This document shows, piece by piece, positions 36,103-46,161 of a DNA stretch of 64,000 nucleotides. Every line of letters begins with the position of its first letter. Within the stretch, counting starts at the first letter, position 1. The stretch spans positions 64,001 to 128,000 of the forward strand of contig CAWHAA010000006.1 in the NCBI GenBank assembly GCA_963827275.1. The letters run 5' to 3'. Both the position numbers and the translations under genes were made by a program. The notes under the pieces were generated by a model. It worked only from the letters and a program-made list of their open reading frames with translations, ran no database searches and was not told where the DNA came from. The stretch comes from an uncultured Spirochaetota bacterium (GTDB lineage: Bacteria; Spirochaetota; UBA4802; UBA5550).

Positions 36103-37452
36103 TTACTTTGCGCGGAGCATCTTCTGCGCGGCGGCGTTTACCGGGTCCCATACCGGGGAGAAGGGGGGCGCGTAGCCGAGGTCAAGATACGCGACGTTTT
36201 CCACTTTCATCTTTGCCGCTACTGCCGCTGCGACCGTGTTGATGCGCAGCGCGGCGCCGTCAGTGCCGGCGATCTCGCCGCCGATAAGCTCCCGCGAGTG
36301 CGAGTTGATGGTAAGGGACACGCTGATCCTGCCTGACGCGGGGTAGTATCCCGCCTTCGACCGCCACAGTACCGAGGACGATTCGGAAGGGATGCCGGCG
36401 CGCCACGCGTCAGCCTCGTTCAGCCCTGTTTTCCCCACCTCGAGGTCGAACACCTTCACCATCTGCGAGCCTACGATCCCGGGAAAGGCCTCGTCTTCCA
36501 CCCCGGCCGCCTGGAGCCCCGCGACGCGTCCCTGCTTGTTCGCCGTGGTGCCCAGCGGCATGTAGGCGTTTTCACCGGTCACGAGGTGCTTCACCGTTGC
36601 GCAGTCGCCTGCGGCGTAGACATCCGGCCGGCTGGTGCGCGATTTCTCATCGACGATGATCGCGCCCCGGTCGTTCATCTGTATGCCGGCCCCCTTGAGG
36701 AACGCGGTGTTAGGCGCGATACCAGTGGAGACGATGACGAGGTTGGCCTCGTAGCGCTCCCCGCTCGCGCTAACGGCGAGGCCCGCCGCCGAATGCGTTA
36801 TCCCTGATATGTCGGCGCCGGTCACCACGGCGACATCATTGACGCGGAGCGTCTCGGATATGATGCTCCGGATCACCGGGGAGAGGGGCATGGCCACAGA
36901 CTCGAATTTCTCAAGTATGACCGTTTCAATTGAGCGCTTCCTGAATGCCTCGGCCATTTCGAGACCGATGAAGCCGCCGCCGATGATGATGCCTCTCCGG
37001 GGGGAGCGTTCGTCGATGTATTTTTTTATCGCGATCCCGTCTGACAGGGCCCGCAGGAAAAATATATTCGGTGAATCGATACCGTCGATGGGGGGGGCTA
37101 CCGGGCGGGCGCCGGTCGCGATGACAAGCTTCCGGTACGCGAGGGTCTCGGTTCCTGCCGCGGAGGCTACCGAGACAGTCCGGGCGTCGCAATCGACGGC
37201 GGTCGCTTCTGTATTCAGGCGTATCTCTATATTACGGTCGTTAATATATTCGTCGATATCGATCGCGATAAGGTTTTCCGGCGTTTTGACATCATCGCCG
37301 ATATAGTAGGGCATACCGCAGGCGGCGTATGAAACGTGCGCGCTTTTTTCGAGCACGGCGATTGACAGGGCTTCGGAGGTCCTGCGCGCCTGTGATGCCG
37401 CGCTCATCCCCGCAGCATCACCGCCGATGACGAGAATATCATATTTCTTCAT
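36103..37452 (-). CDS. CoA-disulfide reductase / NADH oxidase family flavoprotein
   Basis: GGDAAG, SYAACGMPY, GGGFIG, YAPPFS; no rhodanese domain. Confidence 0.9.
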   Translation of the reverse strand: MKKYDILVIGGDAAGMSAASQARRTSEALSIAVLEKSAHVSYAACGMPYYIGDDVKTPENLIAIDIDEYINDRNIEIRLNTEATAVDCDARTVSVASAAGTETLAYRKLVIATGARPVAPPIDGIDSPNIFFLRALSDGIAIKKYIDERSPRRGIIIGGGFIGLEMAEAFRKRSIETVILEKFESVAMPLSPVIRSIISETLRVNDVAVVTGADISGITHSAAGLAVSASGERYEANLVIVSTGIAPNTAFLKGAGIQMNDRGAIIVDEKSRTSRPDVYAAGDCATVKHLVTGENAYMPLGTTANKQGRVAGLQAAGVEDEAFPGIVGSQMVKVFDLEVGKTGLNEADAWRAGIPSESSSVLWRSKAGYYPASGRISVSLTINSHSRELIGGEIAGTDGAALRINTVAAAVAAKMKVENVAYLDLGYAPPFSPVWDPVNAAAQKMLRAK

Positions 37453-37574
37453 AGTGGGCCTCCGGCAATGAACACGTTGGTTGTCATGGATCGCATAATC
37501 GTGTCAAAAGTCGCAAAAAACGATGAATAAGTCAATAAAAATTAAAGAAAAATCTAAAATACTTAATGCCTTGC

Positions 37575-37603
37575 TTGACGGAGTACCTATTGTTAAGTAT
37601 ATT
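37575..37603 (+). promoter_or_regulatory. Sigma70-type promoter of the HesB-like gene
   Basis: TTGACG-N17-TATATT. Confidence 0.65.
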
Positions 37604-37632
37604 CTAAATAAATAATATACCGTCAGGAGGAG

Positions 37633-37938
37633 ATGGTGAAAATAGAAATTACGAAAACAGCCCAGGACAAGCTGGGGAAAGTCTTTGCCGAGTCAAAATT
37701 GAAACTCCCGGCCCTCAGGGTTACGTTTGCTGGATTTGGTTGAGGAGGGCCCCGTCTGGGACTGGCTCTGGATGAGCTGGAAGAGACCACAGATACCATC
37801 GTTGAAACCGGCGGGTTCAAGGTGCTCGTAGACGAGAAGGTAAAGCACCATCTCGAGAGCATCCCGGAAACCACCGTGGATTATATCGAGTCGCGGTATG
37901 GTGCGGGCTTTGTCATACAGGGAGGTTCTACCTGTTAA
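37633..37938 (+). CDS. HesB/IscA-like selenoprotein (Sec at codon 37, TGA 37741-37743), 101 aa
   Basis: AGGAGG RBS; MVKIEIT...LRVTFAGFG-U-GGPRLGLALDE...VDYI...GF...C*; hairpin directly 3' of the TGA; terminator downstream. Confidence 0.88.
37746..37769 (+). promoter_or_regulatory. Putative bacterial SECIS hairpin
   Basis: AGGGCC pairs with GGCUCU; inner CC-GUCU-GG stem-loop immediately after the UGA. Confidence 0.6.
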
Positions 37939-37974
37939 GGCCCGCAATTCTTCAATGATAACGCATAAAAATAT

Positions 37975-38006
37975 AAAAAAGGGGCTGTCAATCGACAGCC
38001 CCTTTT
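37975..38006. terminator. Bidirectional terminator
   Basis: AAAAAA-GGGGCTGTC-AATC-GACAGCCCC-TTTT. Confidence 0.9.
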
Positions 38007-38030
38007 GATTTTCACAACGCGGTCGCTGCA

Positions 38031-38606
38031 TTAAAAATTATCATCCAGAAGCTCAAAGTACGGCTGCGCATGCAGGCAGGCCGGACAGGCGTCCGGTGCG
38101 CTTTCGCCGTCATGGACATACCCGCAGTTCCTGCATTTCCACTTCGTCTTCTCTTTTTTCTTGAAAACGGTGCCGTCCTTGATGTTTTTCAGCAGCGCAA
38201 GATAACGCTGCTCATGGTGCTTCTCGACCTCTGCAATCCTCCGCCAGCAGATGGCGATGTCCTTGAACCCCTCCTGCTCGGCGATGTCCGCGAAGGCCGG
38301 ATAGAGCTTGGTATGCTCCTCGTTTTCACCCATGGCCGCCGCCTTGAGGTTGTCTGCCGTGGAGCCGATGACCCCTGCGGGATAGGCGGCCGTTATCTCC
38401 ACGTCCCCGCCCTCGAGGAACTTGAAGAAGCGTTTCGCGTGCTCCTTCTCATTGTCAGCCGTCTCGAGGAATATCGCCGCTATCTGCTCGTACCCGTCCT
38501 TTTTCGCCTGCGAAGCGAAATAGGTATATCGGGTCCGCGCCTGTGATTCACCGGCGAACGAGGCCAGCAGGTTTTTTTCAGTCTTGGTGCCTTTGATGCT
38601 CTTCAT
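38031..38606 (-). CDS. rbr: Rubrerythrin
   Basis: FAGESQA, EKEHA, EKHHE; C-terminal CRNCG...CPAC. Confidence 0.97.
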   Translation of the reverse strand: MKSIKGTKTEKNLLASFAGESQARTRYTYFASQAKKDGYEQIAAIFLETADNEKEHAKRFFKFLEGGDVEITAAYPAGVIGSTADNLKAAAMGENEEHTKLYPAFADIAEQEGFKDIAICWRRIAEVEKHHEQRYLALLKNIKDGTVFKKKEKTKWKCRNCGYVHDGESAPDACPACLHAQPYFELLDDNF

Positions 38607-38638
38607 TAAAATCTCCTTGTAATGATATTCTTGTTATA

Positions 38639-39160
38639 CTATACGGCAAGCCCGGTATAGAGGGCCATGTTCAGCGCGCGCTGGGCGAGCTCACGGTCCT
38701 TCATAAGCATGCCGTTGCCGTCGTCTTTTATAAGCTTGAGCTCGTCCAGGATCTCCAGCGCCGATGCCTCTTCCTCGACCTGCTCTGCCACGAACCACTG
38801 GAGCATCTGGTTGGATGCGTGGTCCTTCTCGGCGATGGACAGATCGACCAGGCCGTTTATCAGGCCCGTGACCTTCTGCTCGTGCCTGTAAACCTCTTCG
38901 AATACATGTTCCGGCGACTTCCAGTCGGTCGGCGGCCCGTCGATGGGTTTCAGCATCACTTTGCCGCCCCTGTCGAACAGGTACTGGTAGAATTTCCTCG
39001 AGTGGGCGAATTCCTCGGCGGCCTGCACCTCCATCCAGTGCGCGAAGCCCTTGAGCCCCTTGTTCTGGAAGTAGGACATCATCGACAGGTACAGGTAGCC
39101 GGAATACTGTTCGGCGTTGATCTGGCTGTTTATTGCCTCTTCGACTTTCTTGTTTATCAT
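38639..39160 (-). CDS. ftnA: Non-heme ferritin
   Basis: QINAE.YS.YLYLSM, EE..H, HE..VT, QWFVAEQVEEE. Confidence 0.95.
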   Translation of the reverse strand: MINKKVEEAINSQINAEQYSGYLYLSMMSYFQNKGLKGFAHWMEVQAAEEFAHSRKFYQYLFDRGGKVMLKPIDGPPTDWKSPEHVFEEVYRHEQKVTGLINGLVDLSIAEKDHASNQMLQWFVAEQVEEEASALEILDELKLIKDDGNGMLMKDRELAQRALNMALYTGLAV

Positions 39161-39177
39161 GCGTCACTCTCCCGTGC

Positions 39178-39555
39178 TCACTTTTTCCATAATCCGTGGA
39201 TGTTGCAGTATTCCCGTACCGTGGCCTTTTCATCGACGCAGCAGAACTCGGCTTCCGGCGCCTGTCCGGGCTTCAGGAACTTCCGGTTTGACGTCCCGTC
39301 GGCGGCGATCACCTGGATCCACTCGATGTAGTGCTTCTCTTCCATGGGGTGGGCTACAGACCCGATTTTAGCCAGGATACCGTTGCCAGACTTGCTTACA
39401 TCCGGCACGTGCTTCTCCTTGGCTGCGTCAACGGTGTTTTCTGTTATAAGGGTCATGTCCTGGCCGCAGCAGACCAGCGTGCCGGCGCCCTCATGCAGCA
39501 CCTCGACGATGTTCCCGCATACCTGGCATTTGTACACTTGCAGTCTTGTTGTCAT
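39178..39555 (-). CDS. dfx: Desulfoferrodoxin (2Fe superoxide reductase)
   Basis: CQVCGN...CCG; EKHVP; HPM..KHYIEWI; CNIHG. Confidence 0.96.
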   Translation of the reverse strand: MTTRLQVYKCQVCGNIVEVLHEGAGTLVCCGQDMTLITENTVDAAKEKHVPDVSKSGNGILAKIGSVAHPMEEKHYIEWIQVIAADGTSNRKFLKPGQAPEAEFCCVDEKATVREYCNIHGLWKK

Positions 39556-39616
39556 GTTGATTCCTCCATTGATTGTGTTTATTGCGGGGCTGTCCCGGAG
39601 GGCAGGCCCGCTGCAT

Positions 39617-40621
39617 CTACAGCTTCACTCTCCCCCTGAAGATGCGATAGGAATATATGGTATATCCGACCACGACCGGCATCCCGATAAGGGCAATGAT
39701 GAGCATGACGGTCAGGGTCAGCTGGCTTGACGATGAATTGTATATTGTTATACCCAGTTCCGTCCCCTGGGTTGCGCGGACCAGGGCGGGAAACTGGAGC
39801 GATCCGGCAATGCCCCAGAGCGAGGCAAAAAACAGGGATGACGCGGCAAAGGTCCTTCCGTCGCTATCGCGCCCGATCAGCGCCCTGTACGCGATGAGTG
39901 AGACAATCGCTACCGCTGCGCAGGCCCAGGCAATGGCGTTTTCCATGCTGCCCGGCAGGTAGACGGCCGAGAGGATGAGTGTGACCGGGAAGATCACGGC
40001 GGCGAAAAGCCATGCCTTTTTGGCGACGCTCTTTGCCCTCTCCTTCAGCGCGTCCCCGGTCTTGAGCGCCGCGTAGGCGCACCCCTGGAGAAGGATCGCC
40101 GACAGGCCGAGAAGGCCGATGGCGACCGGGAAGGGGCGCAGCAGGGTGAAGAAGCTGCCGGTGAACTCCATACCTTCGTCCAGCGGAATGCCGAGGATAA
40201 CATTGCCCAGGGCCACGCCGAAGAGGAGCGAGGGGAGGGCGCTGCCGGCGGTGAAGGTCCATTTCCAGAGCCCGCGGCGTTTTTCGTCGAGGGACCAGAA
40301 TTCAAGCGATACCGCCCGCAGTATGAGCGCGAAGAGAACGAGCATCAGGGCGAGGTAAAACCCGCTGAAGACCGTGGCGTAGGCGTGGGGAAAGGCCGCG
40401 AAGAGGGCGCCGCCCCCCGTCAGGAGCCAGACCTCGTTGCCGTCCCATACCGGGCCGATCGCGGTGAACAGTGACGCCAGATCCTTCCTGTCGCGGGCCA
40501 GGACGGGGAGGAGAGTCCCGATACCGAGGTCAAAGCCGTCCAGGAGGGAATAGCCGATGAAAAGTACGCCGATGAGAAAAAACCAGGTGATCTGTAGCAT
40601 CTGTAATGTTTCCATGCTCAT
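39617..40621 (-). CDS. cydB: Cytochrome bd oxidase subunit II
   Basis: [26 protein letters not shown] overlap with the cydA stop. Confidence 0.95.
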   Translation of the reverse strand: MSMETLQMLQITWFFLIGVLFIGYSLLDGFDLGIGTLLPVLARDRKDLASLFTAIGPVWDGNEVWLLTGGGALFAAFPHAYATVFSGFYLALMLVLFALILRAVSLEFWSLDEKRRGLWKWTFTAGSALPSLLFGVALGNVILGIPLDEGMEFTGSFFTLLRPFPVAIGLLGLSAILLQGCAYAALKTGDALKERAKSVAKKAWLFAAVIFPVTLILSAVYLPGSMENAIAWACAAVAIVSLIAYRALIGRDSDGRTFAASSLFFASLWGIAGSLQFPALVRATQGTELGITIYNSSSSQLTLTVMLIIALIGMPVVVGYTIYSYRIFRGRVKL

Positions 40622-41949
40622 TCCCCCACATATCCGATGGTGACGTTCCCGGGCCCCTTGCCCACAATTTTCGCCAGGAGCTTTAAAAATACGATGAAGA
40701 GCAGGAGATAGATGATGCTGAACATGATGATCGACAATAGTATCTGCCAGGCCGGGACCGACACGGACGCGGCATCCGAGGTCCTGAGGACGCCGTACAC
40801 GGCCCATGGCTGCCTGCCGATCTCCGCCGCCATCCATCCCAGTTCGTTTGAAATGAAGGGGAGCGGAACAGCAACAATCAGGGCCCACAGATACCACCGC
40901 GACCCGTACAGTCGCCCGGTGATCAGCAACATTGCGCCGATGGCCGCGATAAGCGCGAAAAGGGCGCCAAGCCCGATCATGCCATGGTAGGTGAGGTAGA
41001 CCGGGATGATAGGCGGCTGGTCTTCTTCCTTGAATTCATTGAGGCCGATGACCTTTGAATTAGGGTCGAAGTCAATCAGCAGGCTGAGCAGTTTCGGCAC
41101 CGCGATCTCAAGGTGGGTCTTTTTCGCGGCAGGGTCGGGAAGGCCGACAAGGGACATCGGCGCGCCCTCCATGGTCTCCCAGAGCGCTTCAAAGGCCGCC
41201 ATCTTGGCGGGCTGGGTCTTCGCGACCTGTACCGCATGGATGTGGCCGGAGCCGAATTGCAGCAGCGATACGGCGATGAATATGCTGAGGGAGATCGAGA
41301 GCAGCAGCCGGGCGGCGGGAAGTTCGCGGTTCTTTAAAATATACCAGGCCCCGATCCCGGCGGTAAAGAGCGTGCCGGTGATCCAGCCCCCGATGACGGT
41401 ATGAAGGTAGCGCACGAGGGTGGACGGATTGAACGTGGCGGCGTATACGTCCTTCAGCACGGCCCTCCCGCCCTCAATGGCGAATCCGGCCGGTGTCTGC
41501 ATCCACGAGTTGGCGATGATGATCCAGAACCCTGACAGGTGCGACGCAAAAAAAACGAGGAACGCCGAGAGGAGGTATACCTTCCCCGAGACGCGCTCCC
41601 TTCCGAAGAGGAGGATGCCGAGGAAGACCGATTCCATGAAAAAGGCCAGGATCCCCTCCGCGGCAAGCGGCGCTCCGAAGATATCGCCCACCATCCGCGA
41701 GTAATTTGACCAGTTCGTCCCGAATGAAAATTCCAGCACGATGCCGGTCGCGACCCCCATCACGAACACGAGGCCGAGGATTTTAATCATGAACGTCGAT
41801 ACTTTTTTTACGAGCTCGTCCCCGTTCCTCGCATGCATGATCAGCAGGATGAGCACGACCAGGGTAAGTCCGAGGGTGAGGGGCGGGAAAATGAAATGGA
41901 ATCCCGCTGTCAGACCGAATTGAATCCTTGAAAGAAGTACGGCATCCAT
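40618..41949 (-). CDS. cydA: Cytochrome bd oxidase subunit I
   Basis: LSRIQF...FHFIF, FGTNW, QPAKMAAFE, EIGRQPW. Confidence 0.97.
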   Translation of the reverse strand: MDAVLLSRIQFGLTAGFHFIFPPLTLGLTLVVLILLIMHARNGDELVKKVSTFMIKILGLVFVMGVATGIVLEFSFGTNWSNYSRMVGDIFGAPLAAEGILAFFMESVFLGILLFGRERVSGKVYLLSAFLVFFASHLSGFWIIIANSWMQTPAGFAIEGGRAVLKDVYAATFNPSTLVRYLHTVIGGWITGTLFTAGIGAWYILKNRELPAARLLLSISLSIFIAVSLLQFGSGHIHAVQVAKTQPAKMAAFEALWETMEGAPMSLVGLPDPAAKKTHLEIAVPKLLSLLIDFDPNSKVIGLNEFKEEDQPPIIPVYLTYHGMIGLGALFALIAAIGAMLLITGRLYGSRWYLWALIVAVPLPFISNELGWMAAEIGRQPWAVYGVLRTSDAASVSVPAWQILLSIIMFSIIYLLLFIVFLKLLAKIVGKGPGNVTIGYVGE

Positions 41950-42000
41950 ACTAACGACCTCCCGTGCTGATGATGATGACGGTATCTGCCGTCATGTTCC

Positions 42001-42165
42001 TCAGTCTTCGTAGGGCTCGAACTGGTCCTTGGCAACGCCGCACTGGGGACAGACCCAGTCAGCCGGAAGTTTTTCGAACGGCGTGCCCGGCTTGATGCCC
42101 GAATCGGGATCGCCGACTTCAGGATCGTATACGTAGCCGCATACCGAACATACATATTTTTTCAT
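42001..42165 (-). CDS. rub: Rubredoxin
   Basis: [15 protein letters not shown]...WVCPQCG; GGAGG RBS. Confidence 0.97.
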   Translation of the reverse strand: MKKYVCSVCGYVYDPEVGDPDSGIKPGTPFEKLPADWVCPQCGVAKDQFEPYED

Positions 42166-42202
42166 GTCTGATTCCTCCACTATCTGGTTTGTATAATCTA
42201 AC

Positions 42203-42221
42203 AATTGTAATAGTTACAAAT
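42203..42221. promoter_or_regulatory. PerR/Fur-type operator upstream of the rubredoxin-cydAB-dfx-ftn-rbr run
   Basis: Palindrome TTGTAA-TAG-TTACAA in an AT-rich promoter region, next to a PerR-like gene. Confidence 0.6.
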
Positions 42222-42314
42222 TAATATACGGTTGATTATTTTGCAATAAGAAAAATATTTTTTATGATGCTGTGCTGAAAAACCGACGCACGCCGGTCAG
42301 TGATGGCGCGCGGT

Positions 42315-42734
42315 CTAATGCTGGCATTTTTTACAGATGCCTTTGTAATAGACCTGTTTCTCCGTGACAAGGTGCCCTTCTATTTTTTTTCCGGGACCGG
42401 TTTTTTTCTCAATCACTATATGCTCGGGATCGATGTCATACAGGATGCCGCATACGGTGCACTTGAAGTGGCCATGGAAAGATATCTCGGCGTCGTACCG
42501 GACCTCGTTGTCTTCAATGGTAATGTTCGAGACAAGGCCCTTTTCTCCGAATGTCTTCAGGGTGTTGTAGATCGTCGTTTTCGAGAGCGTGGGGATCTGC
42601 TTGATAATAGCGTTGTAAATATCGTCCGCGGTCGGGTGGGTCTTGTTGCCCCACAGGTATTCATAGATCTTCAGCCGGTGGTATGAAGGGCTGATGCCGT
42701 TCTTGATAAGCATCTCTTTGAGGTTGTTGTCCAT
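42315..42734 (-). CDS. perR: Fur-family regulator, PerR-like
   Basis: HPTADDIY, TIYNTL, HGHFKCTVCG, GICKKC; oxidative-stress gene context. Confidence 0.85.
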   Translation of the reverse strand: MDNNLKEMLIKNGISPSYHRLKIYEYLWGNKTHPTADDIYNAIIKQIPTLSKTTIYNTLKTFGEKGLVSNITIEDNEVRYDAEISFHGHFKCTVCGILYDIDPEHIVIEKKTGPGKKIEGHLVTEKQVYYKGICKKCQH

Positions 42735-42788
42735 GGTTATACGTCCATTTCGAGATGTGCGCATGCCGTTACGGCAGATCTGGCACGG

Positions 42789-43953
42789 TCACTGAATCTC
42801 CTTTTCCAGCTTTGCGGTTATGCTGTTTAATAATTCGTCATCCGGAATGTATTTGGCGCGTATGCTTTCGAGCATGGTAAAGCCGCAGCCCGCGAGAATC
42901 TCTTCAACCTGCTTTATGCTCTGGCCGCCCCAGCCGTATGAGCCGAACGCGAGCCCGGTCCTTGTTTTTGGCGCAAGGCCGCGGAGATAGGTAAGGAAGG
43001 CCGAAACGGTCGGCAGCATGTTGTTGTTCAGCGTGGGCGACCCGACGCAGATATACCTGGCGTCGATCACCTCGGTCATGATGTCGGAAATGTGGTTCGT
43101 CTGGAGGCTCATCATGTGTGCGCGGCAGCCGCGGTTTTCGAACGCCGCGGCGACATGCAAACGCGATCTTTTTCGTCGAGTTCCACATGGTGTCGTAGAT
43201 GATAAGGGCCTTGTCCGCGGTCTCGTTGGCCGACCACGCGGTGTAGGCCTTGATGATCGACGGGATGTTCTTCCTCCATATGATGCCGTGGCTGGGCGCT
43301 ATGACGTCTATGGCCAGGGGGGCGGCCGCGGCCAGGGCTTTCTTGACCTGGTCGGAATAGGGGAGGACGATATTGGCGTAATACTTGCGCGCCTCCTCCA
43401 TGATTATATCGAGCGAGAACTCGTCGTCGAAGCGCTCGGGGGTGGCCAGGTGCTGGCCGAATGCGTCATTGGAGAAAAGGATGCGCTCTTCAGGGAGATA
43501 GGTAATCATGTTATCGGGCCAGTGGACCATTGGCGTGAGCACGAAGGTGAAGTTGTATTTGCCGGTGCTGATGGTTTCGGCATTGTTCACCGCTTTCAGG
43601 TTCAGGCCGGATTTGTAATGCTCGTTGAGGCCCTTCATCCCGTTCGGCGAGGTGTAGATTGTCGCCCGGGGGGCGATCTTCGCTATCATCGGGAGGGACC
43701 CCGAATGGTCCATCTCGACATGGTTGGATATGATGCAGTCGATTTTCGACGGGTCAACCACGGAGCTGATGCGCTCAAGCATCTCGTCGCAGAGATAATG
43801 TTTCACGGTATCGATGAGGGTTATCTTTTCATCGATCACCAGGTAGGCATTATAGGTGGAACCGCGCTGGGTAAGGTAGCCGTGGAAATTTCTCAGGTCC
43901 CAGTCGATGCCGCCGACCCAGTAGATGTTGTCTTTTATTTTTATCGCTTTCAT
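42789..43953 (-). CDS. fprA: Flavodiiron protein FprA (O2/NO reductase), +1 frameshift near 43156
   Basis: GSTYNAY, HVEMDH, VHWPD, APSHG; flavodoxin GSPTLNN, FGSYGWGG in a second frame. Confidence 0.9.
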
Positions 43954-44266
43954 GTCTGCGCTCCATCGTGATTGCTGTAATCTGTCGGATAAACATAAAC
44001 GGCAACCGGAGCTTCACCTTCCATATAACGCACGCCCCTGTCCATTTATCCGATACTGTATTATATTTTGTCAATTAAACTTTTATATTTGTTTTAAAAT
44101 TTAAACCGGAGAGGGACAAAATAATTGCCAATTATACTTTGGTGTTGACAGCATGAGCCAAAATGTAACAATACTGTAACAGCGTCGACAATGCGTTACG
44201 GCTGCCCATGGAGCGCGCGTCCACGTCGATAAGGTAAAAAAACAATACCAACCGAGGTTCCGGCAT

Positions 44267-45586
44267 ATGAAAACCGCAAAAATAATGTGCACGATTATAG
44301 CAGCGGCCTCTCTCATGCTCTGCGTATCATGCAGGAAAACGCAGCACTGGGAATTGTCCCGCTTCGTCTCGCCGGAAACCTGCGGCGGGTGTCACGACGC
44401 GATCTATGAACAGTGGAAGGGGTCGATGCACAGCCTGTCGCACGTTGACCCGATCTACCGCGAGGTGGCGCTCCACGACCTGAAGGGGCTTACCGACCCG
44501 GATGAGATAAAGGAAGCGGAGCACTGCGTGCCCTGCCACACTCCGGTCGGCTTTGTGTCCGGCATGCCGCTGAAGACATCGGACCATACAAAGACGATAC
44601 CTGAAATCGCCGCAAAGGGCATCCAGTGCGACTACTGCCATTCCGCGACGCGGGTACGCGAGGTATTCAATGCACAGATCGACATAGAGCCGGGGAACGG
44701 CGAGAGCGACCCGGGGACAAAGCGCGGCCCGAGGAAAGACGCGGAACCTGATTTTCACAAGGCGGCATATTCTGAAATGCATACGCGTTCCGAATTCTGC
44801 GGTTCCTGTCATGACGTGCGGCATGTCGTTTTCGGGACGAAGCTTGAGACGCCGTACGAGGAATGGAAGAGAGGCCCCTACGCGGCGCAGGGCATACAGT
44901 GCCAGGGGTGCCATATGTACCAGCGGCCGGGCGTCCCTGCGACCGGCTCGACGGAACGGCCCGGCAACCCGGGGGCGTCGGCTTCGGGCGCAAAGGAGCG
45001 CCCCCATGTCTTTACCCATTATTTCACGGGGGGGAATTCCCTGGTCCCGTCCATGTTCAAAAACAAGGACCAGTCGAAGCTCGCTGAAGAGCGGCTTAAA
45101 AACGCCGCCACGGTCTCTATTGATGCAGCGCTCGCTGACGGCGCCCTGCGCGTCAAGGTGACCAACAGCGGTGCGGGCCACAGCATCCCGACCGGACTGA
45201 GCCACGTGCGACAGATGTGGCTTGAGGTGACGGTCACCGGCGCGGGAGGGAGGATGATATACAAGAGCGGTGCCCTGGACCGGGAGGGCAAAATACCGAC
45301 CGGCGCGGTTCTCTATAACCTGGTGCTCGGCGACGGCAGGGGCGTCCCGGTAATGAATGTCGCAAAGGCGCGGGAAATCATCAGGGACAGGAGGATCGAT
45401 CCGATGAAGAGCGCGGTGGAGACATACCGGCTGACCGGGATAGAGGAAAAAACCGTAACCGCCGAAGCGAAATTATGGTACCGCATCGCGCCGCAGGAGG
45501 TGGTCGATGCCGTGCTCGGGAAAGGTGCGCTGGCGATACCTGCCGTCCTCATGGCATCTGACCGCAAAACGGTGACGGTCCGGTAG
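44267..45586 (+). CDS. Pentaheme c-type cytochrome, probable lipoprotein
   Basis: Five CxxCH motifs (CGGCH, CVPCH, CDYCH, CGSCH, CQGCH); signal peptide ending CVSC; AGHSIPTG..R motif. Confidence 0.9.
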   Translation: MKTAKIMCTIIAAASLMLCVSCRKTQHWELSRFVSPETCGGCHDAIYEQWKGSMHSLSHVDPIYREVALHDLKGLTDPDEIKEAEHCVPCHTPVGFVSGMPLKTSDHTKTIPEIAAKGIQCDYCHSATRVREVFNAQIDIEPGNGESDPGTKRGPRKDAEPDFHKAAYSEMHTRSEFCGSCHDVRHVVFGTKLETPYEEWKRGPYAAQGIQCQGCHMYQRPGVPATGSTERPGNPGASASGAKERPHVFTHYFTGGNSLVPSMFKNKDQSKLAEERLKNAATVSIDAALADGALRVKVTNSGAGHSIPTGLSHVRQMWLEVTVTGAGGRMIYKSGALDREGKIPTGAVLYNLVLGDGRGVPVMNVAKAREIIRDRRIDPMKSAVETYRLTGIEEKTVTAEAKLWYRIAPQEVVDAVLGKGALAIPAVLMASDRKTVTVR

Positions 45587-45607
45587 CGGACGTTTTTAGA
45601 AACGCCG

Positions 45608-46090
45608 CTATCGGCCCCGGGCATCTTTCAGGGCGTTCAGGACCTCCTCGGCGTGCCCGTTTACGCGCACCTTCTCCCAGATGCGCTGTATGACGCCCGC
45701 GGGGTCTATGAGGAACGTCGAGCGAACAACGCCGTATGACTCCTTCCCGTATAATTTTTTTATCTGCCACACGCCGTAGCGTTTGATGACCGCACGCCCG
45801 GCATCGCTGAGAAGGGTGATCCCCGTGCCGAGCTTCGCCATGAACCTGCCGTGGCTGGCCGGAGAATCGGGGCTGATGCCGATGACCCTGGCTTTCAGCC
45901 TGCCGAAATCCCCGGCGCGGGCGGTGAATTCCGCCGCCTCGGTCGTGCACCCCGGCGTGTTGTCGCGCGGATAGAAATAGAGCACCACCCATGAGCCGCG
46001 CAGCCCTTCCAGTGAAACTTCCTTCCCGGCTGAATCCGGCAGGGTAAAGTCGGGGGCTTTAACGCCTTCCTGCAATTTTTTCGTTGCCAT
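45608..46090 (-). CDS. bcp: Peroxiredoxin, BCP/PrxQ family (apparently 1-Cys)
   Basis: LYFYPRDNTPGCTTEA, GISPD, RSTFLID; no second Cys. Confidence 0.92.
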   Translation of the reverse strand: MATKKLQEGVKAPDFTLPDSAGKEVSLEGLRGSWVVLYFYPRDNTPGCTTEAAEFTARAGDFGRLKARVIGISPDSPASHGRFMAKLGTGITLLSDAGRAVIKRYGVWQIKKLYGKESYGVVRSTFLIDPAGVIQRIWEKVRVNGHAEEVLNALKDARGR

Positions 46091-46161
46091 GCGTGCGCTC
46101 CTCCTTAGTGTGGCGATCAAAACCTGTCAGCGATGACAGCAGTATGGCGTGTAACCGGGCA

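Noticed and set aside
37623..38031. ORF-track calls 37623-37874 (-) and 37693-38031 (-)
   Set aside because: Antisense to the selenoprotein gene, which has the promoter, RBS, motif and terminator support.
40622..40897. N-terminal extension of cydB in the ORF track (similarly the upstream extensions at 22881, 28914, 42204, 48913, 53407, 58363, 62083)
   Set aside because: The extensions overlap neighbouring genes or promoters; homology and RBS or coupling signals start at the downstream Met.
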